From positions 61,042 through 93,041 of the forward strand of contig NJBF01000011.1 in NCBI GenBank assembly GCA_003144275.1: 32,000 nt of DNA. Reading direction: 5' to 3'. Position 1 is the first letter of the stretch. Each line of letters begins with the position of its first letter. A program made the position numbers and the translations under genes. Shown piece after piece: positions 1 through 7,595 of this stretch. This DNA is from Candidatus Heimdallarchaeota archaeon B3_Heim (GTDB taxonomy: Archaea > Asgardarchaeota > Heimdallarchaeia > Hodarchaeales > Hodarchaeaceae). The notes below the pieces were generated by a model. That model was not told where the DNA came from. It saw only the letters and a list, made by a program, of their open reading frames with translations, and ran no database searches.

Positions 1-1
1 T

Positions 2-733
2 CCAAATGAACTCTTAATTAGAGGATATCCCCTCGATGAACTCATTGGTTCCATTTCTTATGCAGCCGGAATTTATCTAGCATTAAAGGGAGATTTACCA
101 ACCAAACAAGAGGAAAGGGTTATTAATGCCATTCTAGTAGCAACAATGGATCATGGAGTGACTGCACCGTCGGCAGTGGCTGCTAGAACGGTAGCTTCCT
201 GTGGAGTTCCAATTACCACCGCTATGGGTGCTGGAATACTTGCAGTTGGTGATCATCATGGTGGGGCTGGTGAAAAATGTATCAAATTCTTAAAAAAGGC
301 ATTCGAATATCAGGAAAATGATCAATCTCTTTCAGAATTAGCTAAAAATGTTGTTACCCAAGCTAAAAAGAAAAAACAACGAATACCAGGTTTTGGACAT
401 CGTTTTCATACTGATGATCCCAGGACAAAGAAGCTCCTTCAAGTTGCATTAGATGAGGGAATTAGCGGAATGTTCGTGGAATTGGCTAAACTGATTGCAT
501 CGGAATTATCTACACAATCAAATCGACCGCTACCACTCAATGTTGATGGAGCAATCGGTGCATTACTCGCTGATATGGGATTCAAAGCTCAAATTGGTAA
601 AGCGTTTTTTGCCATCGCACGTGTAACTGGGTTGACAGCTCATATCTTAGAGGAATATTCTCAGAGACCCGTTCGGACAATTATTCCTTCAGACGCGAAA
701 TATACTGGTGAGGAAAAAAGGCAGATACCTTGA
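2..733 (+). CDS. Citryl-CoA lyase / citrate synthase-family protein, 5'-truncated by the window edge
   Basis: Frame is open from base 2 (PNELLIRGYPLDELIGSISY...), upstream of the track's Met at 146. Motifs DHGVTAPS, GDHHGGA, IPGFGHRFHTDDPR and LNVDGAI are typical of the citrate synthase fold. Confidence 0.85.
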   Translation, partial: PNELLIRGYPLDELIGSISYAAGIYLALKGDLPTKQEERVINAILVATMDHGVTAPSAVAARTVASCGVPITTAMGAGILAVGDHHGGAGEKCIKFLKKAFEYQENDQSLSELAKNVVTQAKKKKQRIPGFGHRFHTDDPRTKKLLQVALDEGISGMFVELAKLIASELSTQSNRPLPLNVDGAIGALLADMGFKAQIGKAFFAIARVTGLTAHILEEYSQRPVRTIIPSDAKYTGEEKRQIP

Positions 734-738
734 AAAGA

Positions 739-1731
739 TTACAAAATTTGTCTTTTGACTTCATCTTGATCTTTCAAATGTTCTTGTTTCCAATATGGAT
801 CCCGAATAAACAGGTATGCCCCATGAGCAGCTAATGCTCCTTGTGCAGCAGCAACAGCTGCTAACTGGTAAGGGGTGACAATATCCCCAGCTGCAAAGAT
901 GCCCTCTACATTTGTGCGCATTAGGTCATCAACAATAATAAATTTACCAGAGAAATATAGTCCCAAATTCTCAAAAATTTCAGTATTAGGTTTTAATCCC
1001 ACAGCAAGAATCACACAGTCTACTTCTAGGTCAAATTTCTCATTAGTATCAACATTTTCTAGAACTGCTCCTTCTACTCTTTGTTTTCCAGTAATTTCTA
1101 AAATATTGGTCTTGAACAGGATTTCTGCAAGCTTGTCGTTGGTAACTTTTGCTAAGTTCATTTCAGATGCTCGGAAGGCATCCCGTCTGTGGGCAAGGTA
1201 AACCTTGTCAGCAACATTAGCTAAATCAATAACGGCATCAATAGCAGTATCTCCCCCACCCACTACAAGAACGCGCTTATCATAGAAGGCTGCAGGCTCA
1301 GTGACATAGGGGTAAACACCACGGTTTTTCTTTGAGAATTTAGATTCACCAGGAATACCTAGCTCGTTAGGTTTCATTCCTGTGGCAATAATAATGGATT
1401 TTGCTTGAAATTTCGACCCTTCAGCAGATTCGAGTGTTAAATCTTTATAAATTTTAGTAATACGATCCTTTACAAGATGTACACCATGATCAGCTGCTTG
1501 TCTTACCCATTCCGAGACTAAATGATCTGCCCGAATACTAGGAGTCCCTGGATAATTGTAAATCTTTTTATGAGGATAGATGGTAGATAAAAGACCACCC
1601 CAGGTACCACCTTCAAACACAGCCGCACGTAATCCTTTACCTGATGCGACTATTCCTGCCGATAACCCTGCAGGCCCTCCACCTACGATAATTAGATCAA
1701 AATTCATAACGCGTTCGTTTTGTTCTGACAT
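739..1731 (-). CDS. TrxB-fold NAD(P)/FAD oxidoreductase without CxxC; YumC-type ferredoxin/flavodoxin-NADP+ reductase-like
   Basis: GGGPAGL FAD motif, GGGDTA plus HRRDAFRA NADPH-binding motif, GIFAAGD. IYPHKKIYNYPG resembles type-2 FNR. No CxxC at the TrxR active-site position (GVYPYV). Confidence 0.75.
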   Translation of the reverse strand: MSEQNERVMNFDLIIVGGGPAGLSAGIVASGKGLRAAVFEGGTWGGLLSTIYPHKKIYNYPGTPSIRADHLVSEWVRQAADHGVHLVKDRITKIYKDLTLESAEGSKFQAKSIIIATGMKPNELGIPGESKFSKKNRGVYPYVTEPAAFYDKRVLVVGGGDTAIDAVIDLANVADKVYLAHRRDAFRASEMNLAKVTNDKLAEILFKTNILEITGKQRVEGAVLENVDTNEKFDLEVDCVILAVGLKPNTEIFENLGLYFSGKFIIVDDLMRTNVEGIFAAGDIVTPYQLAAVAAAQGALAAHGAYLFIRDPYWKQEHLKDQDEVKRQIL

Positions 1732-1895
1732 TCATAAAATCCCCTGAATTGGATTATTTGTCTCTTTTTTTTTCGATGTTATATTATATTACTGCTCTGT
1801 TTGTAGTAAAAAATCATTATAGTATCTAATGACAGAAATCTCAAGGAATTTTCCCTCTAATTAGACTTTGGTAGGGATAAATGTGGAAAAAAATG

Positions 1896-1912
1896 AAGGA
1901 GTTGTTCTCCTT
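1896..1912 (-). terminator. Hairpin downstream of htpG
   Basis: AAGGAG-ttgtt-CTCCTT inverted repeat next to an A-run on the + strand (T-run on the coding strand). Confidence 0.4.
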
Positions 1913-1937
1913 AATATCAAATAATAAAACAAACACT

Positions 1938-3800
1938 TTATTTTTCTAGTATTTGCGTCATAAAATCTGTGATACGCGCAATCATGGCAGCTGGATCTTT
2001 TAAATTACCTTCTGCTAATTCTTGACTTTCAAGTAACTGAAAACTACACTCTTTTAGTAATGAAGATTCAGGTTCAGTTTCAAATAACTGTTTTAACGCG
2101 ACGACTATTGGATGCGTTGTGTTTAATTCCATTATCTTCGCCTGAGGAACATAATCCTCGGTCATATACCGCAACATCCGTGTATAAGCAGCTGCCCCTT
2201 GCCCAAGTAACCGACAAGGACTATCAGTCAATGAATCCGTAAATCGAACATCAATCACCCGATCACCCAATATTTCTTTCATACCCACGAGGAAGGGGTC
2301 TTTTTCCTCCTCTTCCTTTTCCTTCTCGCCACCTTCTTCTTTCTCATCTGTTGAATCGGCAGGAAATTCGGGTTCAGCCTGATCAATTGCTTTAAATGCC
2401 TTTTCACTGAAAGTAGTCACATGCATCATTAAAAAAGTATCAATAGGTTCATCGAAGAGGATGATTTCTTGATCAAGTTGTTTAAAATGCTCTAGATGGG
2501 GACTTTGTTTGAGGGTTTGGAGATTTTCCCCTAAAAGGTATAAAATGTCCTCCTGTTCCTCTGGCATACTTTCAACGTATTTAGTAAGGGTAATAGGTTT
2601 CTCTTCAGATTTTGAGGTCTTAACTCGTATTAGTCCAAGCAATTTTTCCCTTCGTTTCTGATCATTAGCAATCCCTTCTTTGATGAAAACTGAAAATTGG
2701 TCATACCATGCCAGATATTTATCCTCATCTTCCTCTGCTATCTTTTCTAGCTCGCCAATGATCTTTTTGGTTATTGCTTTCGAGATTCGACGGATGGTTC
2801 GATCAACCTGGATAACCTCACGACTGACATTTAATGGAAGATCTTCGGAATCAACAACACCAAAAGCGAATCGGAGATATTCAGGAAGTAGATCTTTCGC
2901 TTTTTCTTGAATGAGGATTTTTTTACTATATAATTTCAAGCCGTAATCTTGGAATTGGACAGAGGTCATTGAACGATCTCGTCTACTGGGGATAAAAAGT
3001 AAGGCGTTAAACTGGATCGGCGCATCAACGCTCATTCGTATCCTATGAAAAGGTTCTGTGAAATCCATACTTACTTGCCTGTAAAATTCATTATATTCCT
3101 CATCCTTAACCTCATCCTCTGACTGATGCCAAATTGGGGTTTGTCTATTGACGATCTCTTCTTCTTCTCCAATGCGAATAGGAAAACCAACAAAATCACT
3201 ATATTTCTTAATGAGTGTTTCTAATTTGTATTTATTCAGAAATTCTTTTGCGTCTTCCTTCAATGTAAGAATAATCTCAGTTCCACGAGAGGGTTTATCA
3301 AAGTACGCAACAGAAAATTTACCAGTGCCTTCAGATCGCCATTCTATCCCTTTCGAATCGGTCACAAATGATCGTGATCGTACAGTTACGTCAGTCGCCA
3401 CAATAAAGCTCGAATAAAAACCCACACCAAACTGTCCAATTAAATTAGCTACATCTGAAGAATCATCGAGTTCTTTGAGAAACTCAAGGGTTCCACTTTG
3501 AGCAATAGTCCCAAGGTTCTGAACTGATTCATCATAAGTCATACCAACACCAGAATCAGTAATTGTGATTGTATTCTCCTCTTCATCAAAGGATACATTG
3601 ATGGCTAATTCTGCATCGGGATCTAGAATACCTTCTTTTTGTTCAAGCTGCACAATGCGAAAACGATGCAATGCATCAACAGCATTCGAAATTAATTCAC
3701 GTAAAAAGATCTCCCGGTTCTTGTAAAGACGATTGATCAAAATATCAAGAACTTTTTGAATTTCTGCTTGAAAATCGTATGTTTTGCTCTCTTCACTCAT
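1938..3800 (-). CDS. htpG: Molecular chaperone HtpG (bacterial-type Hsp90)
   Basis: LRELISNAVDAL, NLGTIAQSGT, IGQFGVGFYSSF, GVVDSEDLPLNVSRE motifs; 620 aa; no C-terminal MEEVD. Confidence 0.97.
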   Translation of the reverse strand: MSEESKTYDFQAEIQKVLDILINRLYKNREIFLRELISNAVDALHRFRIVQLEQKEGILDPDAELAINVSFDEEENTITITDSGVGMTYDESVQNLGTIAQSGTLEFLKELDDSSDVANLIGQFGVGFYSSFIVATDVTVRSRSFVTDSKGIEWRSEGTGKFSVAYFDKPSRGTEIILTLKEDAKEFLNKYKLETLIKKYSDFVGFPIRIGEEEEIVNRQTPIWHQSEDEVKDEEYNEFYRQVSMDFTEPFHRIRMSVDAPIQFNALLFIPSRRDRSMTSVQFQDYGLKLYSKKILIQEKAKDLLPEYLRFAFGVVDSEDLPLNVSREVIQVDRTIRRISKAITKKIIGELEKIAEEDEDKYLAWYDQFSVFIKEGIANDQKRREKLLGLIRVKTSKSEEKPITLTKYVESMPEEQEDILYLLGENLQTLKQSPHLEHFKQLDQEIILFDEPIDTFLMMHVTTFSEKAFKAIDQAEPEFPADSTDEKEEGGEKEKEEEEKDPFLVGMKEILGDRVIDVRFTDSLTDSPCRLLGQGAAAYTRMLRYMTEDYVPQAKIMELNTTHPIVVALKQLFETEPESSLLKECSFQLLESQELAEGNLKDPAAMIARITDFMTQILEK

Positions 3801-3990
3801 TTAGATACACTATCCTTTGAAAATAGCCCCTTAATGCGAGTTTTAAGGGTGTAGAACATATATCAGATTGAAAATTAATGCTTTATGGATTCTTCAAAGA
3901 ATAATACAACTTAAAAGGAGTTGTTTTTGGTTTTTGTTTGTTTACATCCGTTAGCCTGCGATTAAAAATAACAACAAGAGTTGAACAAAT

Positions 3991-4122
3991 ATGAAATGGG
4001 AATGCATGATATGCGGTTATGTCTATGATGAAGACGCAGAGGGAGTTAAATTTGAAGACCTCCCTGATGACTGGGTATGTCCAGAGTGTGGCGCTCCTAA
4101 AGAAGATTTTGAACAAATCTAA
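3991..4122 (+). CDS. rub: Rubredoxin, 43 aa (absent from the ORF track)
   Basis: My translation: [43 protein letters not shown]. Two CxxCG knuckles plus [11 protein letters not shown]. Confidence 0.96.
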   Translation: MKWECMICGYVYDEDAEGVKFEDLPDDWVCPECGAPKEDFEQI

Positions 4123-4171
4123 TCGTCACCCATTTTCTTTTTTTTCTCCTCCGCTTTGTGAGGTGTATTCT

Positions 4172-5377
4172 ATGGTATGTATTGAAATCACTCCTAATAT
4201 TTATTGGAATGGATTAAATGATCGAACGAGTGATCTTTTCGAGGGGATATGGCCGATCACCAAAGAAGGTGTCTCCTATAACTCCTATATCATCGCTGAT
4301 GAAAAGGTTGCATTGATTGACCTAGTTAAAGGGATTAAAACAGATGATTTTCTAAGTCAGATTGAAGAGGTTGTGGATCCTGCAACCGTAGATTATGTGA
4401 TTATTAATCACATGGAGCCCGATCATACGGGTATGATTAAGACGATGCAAAAAATAGCTCCACAGGTAACATTTGTGGGCTCAGAACGAACTAAGCAGAT
4501 GTTGGATAAATTCTATCACTTAAACACAAATTTTAAGGTTGTAAAAACAGGAGATACAATTGAACTTGGAACGCATATTCTAGAATTTTATGATATACCG
4601 TTTGTCCATTGGCCAGAGACCATTGCCACCTATGAACGAACTAGTAAAATTCTCTTCCCGTGTGATGCATTTGGAGGGTATGGCGCATTAGGCGGATCAA
4701 TATTTGCTGATGAGTATGAGGACTTAGACTTCTATAAGGAGGAAGCATTACGGTACTATTCCAATATCATCGCAAAATTTAGTCGTTTCACTCTGAAGGC
4801 AATTAATTTGCTGAAAGAATTAGATATTCGAATTATCGCCCCTTCACATGGCCTTATCTGGCGAAATCCCAAAGAAATTATAGACCTTTATGAGCGATGG
4901 GCACGTTATGGAACTGAACCTGAATCTGCAGAAGAAGGCGTAACCTTCCTTTACGCGTCAATGTATGGGAATACGGAGAAACTTATGGGAGCTGTAGCTC
5001 AAGGGTTATCTCAAGAAGGAATCCCCGTAAAAATTTTCGACGTAGCCCGAACACATGTCAGCTATATACTACCATACCTGTGGAAGTATCGAGGAGTGGT
5101 CATTGGTTCACCAACGTATGAAGCAAAGTTGTTTCCGCCAATGGCTTATGTTTTGGACATTGCAACATCAAAACGTGTAATAAATAAGGAAGTCATCCGC
5201 TTCGGTAGTTACGGCTGGTCAGGTGGAGCTCAACGTGACCTTGAACCGCGGTTGGATAAGCTAAAATGGAATCTCCTTGAATTTTTCGAATGGCAGGGAG
5301 GTCCAACGCTAGAAGATTTCCAAAAGGGGGAAGAATTAGGTAAACGGTTTGCCCAACATCTGAAAAATTTCAATTAG
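4172..5377 (+). CDS. fprA: Flavodiiron protein (FprA, class A); start corrected from 4019
   Basis: HMEPDH, FVHWPE, CDAFG and PSHG di-iron ligands; flavodoxin domain SMYGNTEK and FGSYGWSGG. GAGGTG RBS lies just upstream of ATG 4172. The track's longer N-terminus overlaps rubredoxin in another frame. Confidence 0.95.
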   Translation: MVCIEITPNIYWNGLNDRTSDLFEGIWPITKEGVSYNSYIIADEKVALIDLVKGIKTDDFLSQIEEVVDPATVDYVIINHMEPDHTGMIKTMQKIAPQVTFVGSERTKQMLDKFYHLNTNFKVVKTGDTIELGTHILEFYDIPFVHWPETIATYERTSKILFPCDAFGGYGALGGSIFADEYEDLDFYKEEALRYYSNIIAKFSRFTLKAINLLKELDIRIIAPSHGLIWRNPKEIIDLYERWARYGTEPESAEEGVTFLYASMYGNTEKLMGAVAQGLSQEGIPVKIFDVARTHVSYILPYLWKYRGVVIGSPTYEAKLFPPMAYVLDIATSKRVINKEVIRFGSYGWSGGAQRDLEPRLDKLKWNLLEFFEWQGGPTLEDFQKGEELGKRFAQHLKNFN

Positions 5378-5385
5378 GAAGGGGT

Positions 5386-5401
5386 GATTCGCACGCGAAT
5401 C
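5386..5401 (+). terminator. Inverted repeat after rub-fprA
   Basis: GATTCGC-ac-GCGAATC followed by tttcgtt, 9 nt after the fprA stop. Confidence 0.5.
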
Positions 5402-5487
5402 TTTCGTTAAATTCAGAAAAAGATTCTTACTTACCCTGTTTATCGTCTAGTTTATCCGAATATCAATTGTAAGAGTAGTGAATTAAA

Positions 5488-6465
5488 GTGAAATATCGTC
5501 AAATGGGTCGCACTGGGTTAAAAATAAGTGAAATTAGTCTAGGTGCCTGGCTAACCTACGGAGGAACCGTAGAAGAACTGGGTACCCAAGCATGTATTAC
5601 TAAAGCTGTTGAGCTCGGCATAAACTTCATAGATATCGCTGATGTTTATGCTCGTGGGAAAGCGGAAGAAGTTGTGGGAAAAGTCATTACCAAGGAGAAT
5701 TATGATCGGAAAAATCTGGTTGTAAGTAGTAAAGTGTTCTGGCCAATGTCAGATGGGATTAATGACCGGGGACTCTCGCGAAAGCATATTATGGAAAGTA
5801 TAGATCGCTCACTAGATCGAATAGGGACAGATTATCTTGATATCTATTTTGCACATCGGTTTGATTATCACACTAAGCTCGAAGAGACACTGCGTGCCAT
5901 GTCTGATCTGATAGATCAAGGCCTAGTCCATTATTGGGGTACATCTGTCTGGCCAGCAGTCCAACTAGAACGTGCAGTTTGGATGGCTAAAGATCTCGGA
6001 CTACATCCTCCCGTTGTTGAACAACCGCGTTACAACATGTTAGACCGATTTATTGAACGAGATGTCATGGACACCTGTGATCGGAATGGGATTGGGATAG
6101 TATGCTGGTCACCTTTAGCCCAAGGGGTGTTAACTGGAAAATATAATGATGGAGTGCCTGAAAATAGTCGAGCTACAACTAGTAACTTCATTCAGCGTGA
6201 TTTAACGGAAGAAAATTTATCCAAAGTCCGTCAATTGAAAGATATAGCCACAAGTAAGGAAATAACTGTCGGTCAGCTTGCCCTTGCGTGGATTCTTCGT
6301 AGAAGTGAAATATCATGTGCTATCACTGGAGCCACTTCTGAAGCCCATGTTCTTTCTAATGTTACGGCTTCTGATATAACCTTAGATAACCAAACTCTTG
6401 AAGAAATAGAAGGCATACTGAACAATAAACCAAAACAACATCCAGTCTATCTCCCACCATGGTAA
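5488..6465 (+). CDS. Aldo/keto reductase (Kv-beta/AKR6-like group)
   Basis: GRTGLKISEISLGAWLTYG, IDIADVYARGKAE, SKVFW, WSPLAQGVLTGKY; GTG start. Confidence 0.93.
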   Translation: MKYRQMGRTGLKISEISLGAWLTYGGTVEELGTQACITKAVELGINFIDIADVYARGKAEEVVGKVITKENYDRKNLVVSSKVFWPMSDGINDRGLSRKHIMESIDRSLDRIGTDYLDIYFAHRFDYHTKLEETLRAMSDLIDQGLVHYWGTSVWPAVQLERAVWMAKDLGLHPPVVEQPRYNMLDRFIERDVMDTCDRNGIGIVCWSPLAQGVLTGKYNDGVPENSRATTSNFIQRDLTEENLSKVRQLKDIATSKEITVGQLALAWILRRSEISCAITGATSEAHVLSNVTASDITLDNQTLEEIEGILNNKPKQHPVYLPPW

Positions 6466-6482
6466 AAAAAATGAAATAAAAG

Positions 6483-6594
6483 ACAATTTATGCAATTTTT
6501 GGATAAATTGAGGTAAGAAAATTATATTTTTTTACGTTGGACTAGAGGGGGTAATTATTGGGGGAGAATTTTTTCCAGTAACTGCATAAATTGT
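6483..6594. repeat. 12-bp perfect inverted repeat bracketing a 112-bp non-coding segment
   Basis: ACAATTTATGCA (6483-6494) and TGCATAAATTGT (6583-6594); 14/15 match when extended inward. Confidence 0.7.
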
Positions 6595-6613
6595 GATTTA
6601 AGATTGGGAACTG

Positions 6614-6781
6614 TTAAGCGGCGGATCGATTAACTTTCTCTGTGGATTTGACTGTTGGTCTGAGATTCTGGGTATATAATACACCATTATAATTCAGGTA
6701 TTCTAAGGTGAGTCGAAGGCGAGTCTCTTGATGGATTAAAGCTAGCCGCTCGTCGGAGTTCAGCTTTGTTGTTGGAGTCAT
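6614..6781 (-). CDS. Small protein A (55 aa) of a YL[NK]YxG-motif paralog trio
   Basis: MTPTTKLNSDERLALIHQETRLRLTLEYLNYNGVLYTQNLRPTVKSTEKVNRSAA*. GAGGA RBS at 6787-6791 and TATAAAAA at 6816-6823. Core similar to the two neighbouring small ORFs. Confidence 0.8.
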   Translation of the reverse strand: MTPTTKLNSDERLALIHQETRLRLTLEYLNYNGVLYTQNLRPTVKSTEKVNRSAA

Positions 6782-6882
6782 TTAGTTCCTCGAGATATTA
6801 CCATTCTCAAACTAATTTTTATATTCCCATAACATTTCCAGAATATAACTAGTTCTGGGATCTCTCCTTCAAAGTCTCTATT

Positions 6883-6912
6883 AAAAAAAGAGAAAAGGAG
6901 AAAAGGGAAAAA
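6883..6912 (-). terminator. Pyrimidine/T-rich tract ending the small protein B transcript
   Basis: Minus strand reads tttttcccttttctccttttctcttttttt, typical of archaeal intrinsic terminators. Confidence 0.55.
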
Positions 6913-7002
6913 TTGGCCGTCGCTAGTCTTCTTGACCCGACTCAAATTATCAAAAGGTGTTATTTCAGATTTGTGATGTTAATATGAAGACAAACTGCAA
7001 TG

Positions 7003-7158
7003 TTAATATGCAGATGAACCAATAATCTTCAGTGAACCTTTCTGATCCTCCGTACTCGGTTCAGCACGAAGGTTCGTGAATACGGGTCCAGTGTAATTGA
7101 GATACTCGATAGTTGACTGTAGTCGTTCTTGTGAAGGTCGTAGTAAGGGACGTGCCAT
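7003..7158 (-). CDS. Small protein B (51 aa) of the YL[NK]YxG-motif trio
   Basis: MARPLLRPSQERLQSTIEYLNYTGPVFTNLRAEPSTEDQKGSLKIIGSSAY*. TTAAATA box about 24-30 nt upstream (leaderless geometry). Confidence 0.8.
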   Translation of the reverse strand: MARPLLRPSQERLQSTIEYLNYTGPVFTNLRAEPSTEDQKGSLKIIGSSAY

Positions 7159-7169
7159 ACTAGAAATGT

Positions 7170-7201
7170 TGTTCTAGATACTATTTAACTGTTCTAGATA
7201 C
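7170..7201 (-). promoter_or_regulatory. TATA box flanked by 12-bp direct repeats (putative operator) upstream of small protein B
   Basis: TGTTCTAGATAC at 7170-7181 and 7190-7201 (20-bp period, TCTAGA palindromic core), separated by tatttaac (GTTAAATA on the minus strand). Confidence 0.65.
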
Positions 7202-7233
7202 CTAGGTAGTACGTGGGGAGGAAATTATTGGTG

Positions 7234-7392
7234 TTATACCAAAGGAAAGAGAGGAGAGGAGGATATTTCGGGAGAAATTGGTGGAATTTCTTCAATTCTT
7301 CGTAAATAAAGAGGTCCTTGGTATTTTAGATAGGCGAGTACTTCATTTAGATTACTTAGATTTATTGATTCTGTATCAATCATTTTCATCAT
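7234..7392 (-). CDS. Small protein C (up to 52 aa) of the YL[NK]YxG-motif trio
   Basis: MMKMIDTESINLSNLNEVLAYLKYQGPLYLRRIEEIPPISPEISSSPLFPLV*. TATATAAA at 7411-7418. Start could be 7392, 7389 or 7383. Confidence 0.72.
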   Translation of the reverse strand: MMKMIDTESINLSNLNEVLAYLKYQGPLYLRRIEEIPPISPEISSSPLFPLV

Positions 7393-7595
7393 CCATGATC
7401 CTGTATTTGGTTTATATATTTAGAATCCCAAAAAAATACTTAGAGGGGTTTATCTATTTGAATAATGTGAAAGTTAGTATAAAAACTCGTAGAGGGAGGT
7501 TTTTCTATCCTAATTAGTGATTATTCATCCAATGAAGGACGATCTGTAGAAATCTCCAAGGATTATCTCGACAAAAAAAAGGAGAAGGAAATTAA

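Noticed and set aside
3883-4171. 77-aa minus ORF (3883-4116) and the 51-aa N-terminal extension of FprA from 4019
   Set aside because: Both overlap the unambiguous rubredoxin gene; FprA has a good RBS at ATG 4172.
7098-7120. QSTIEYL in micro-protein B as a PCNA-interacting (PIP) box
   Set aside because: Aromatic residues are out of register with Qxx[LIM]xx[FY][FY] and the Gln is not conserved in the paralogs.
7278-7517. 79-aa + strand ORF in the track
   Set aside because: TTG start, no motif, and antisense to micro-protein C, which has paralog support and a TATA box; probably a shadow ORF.
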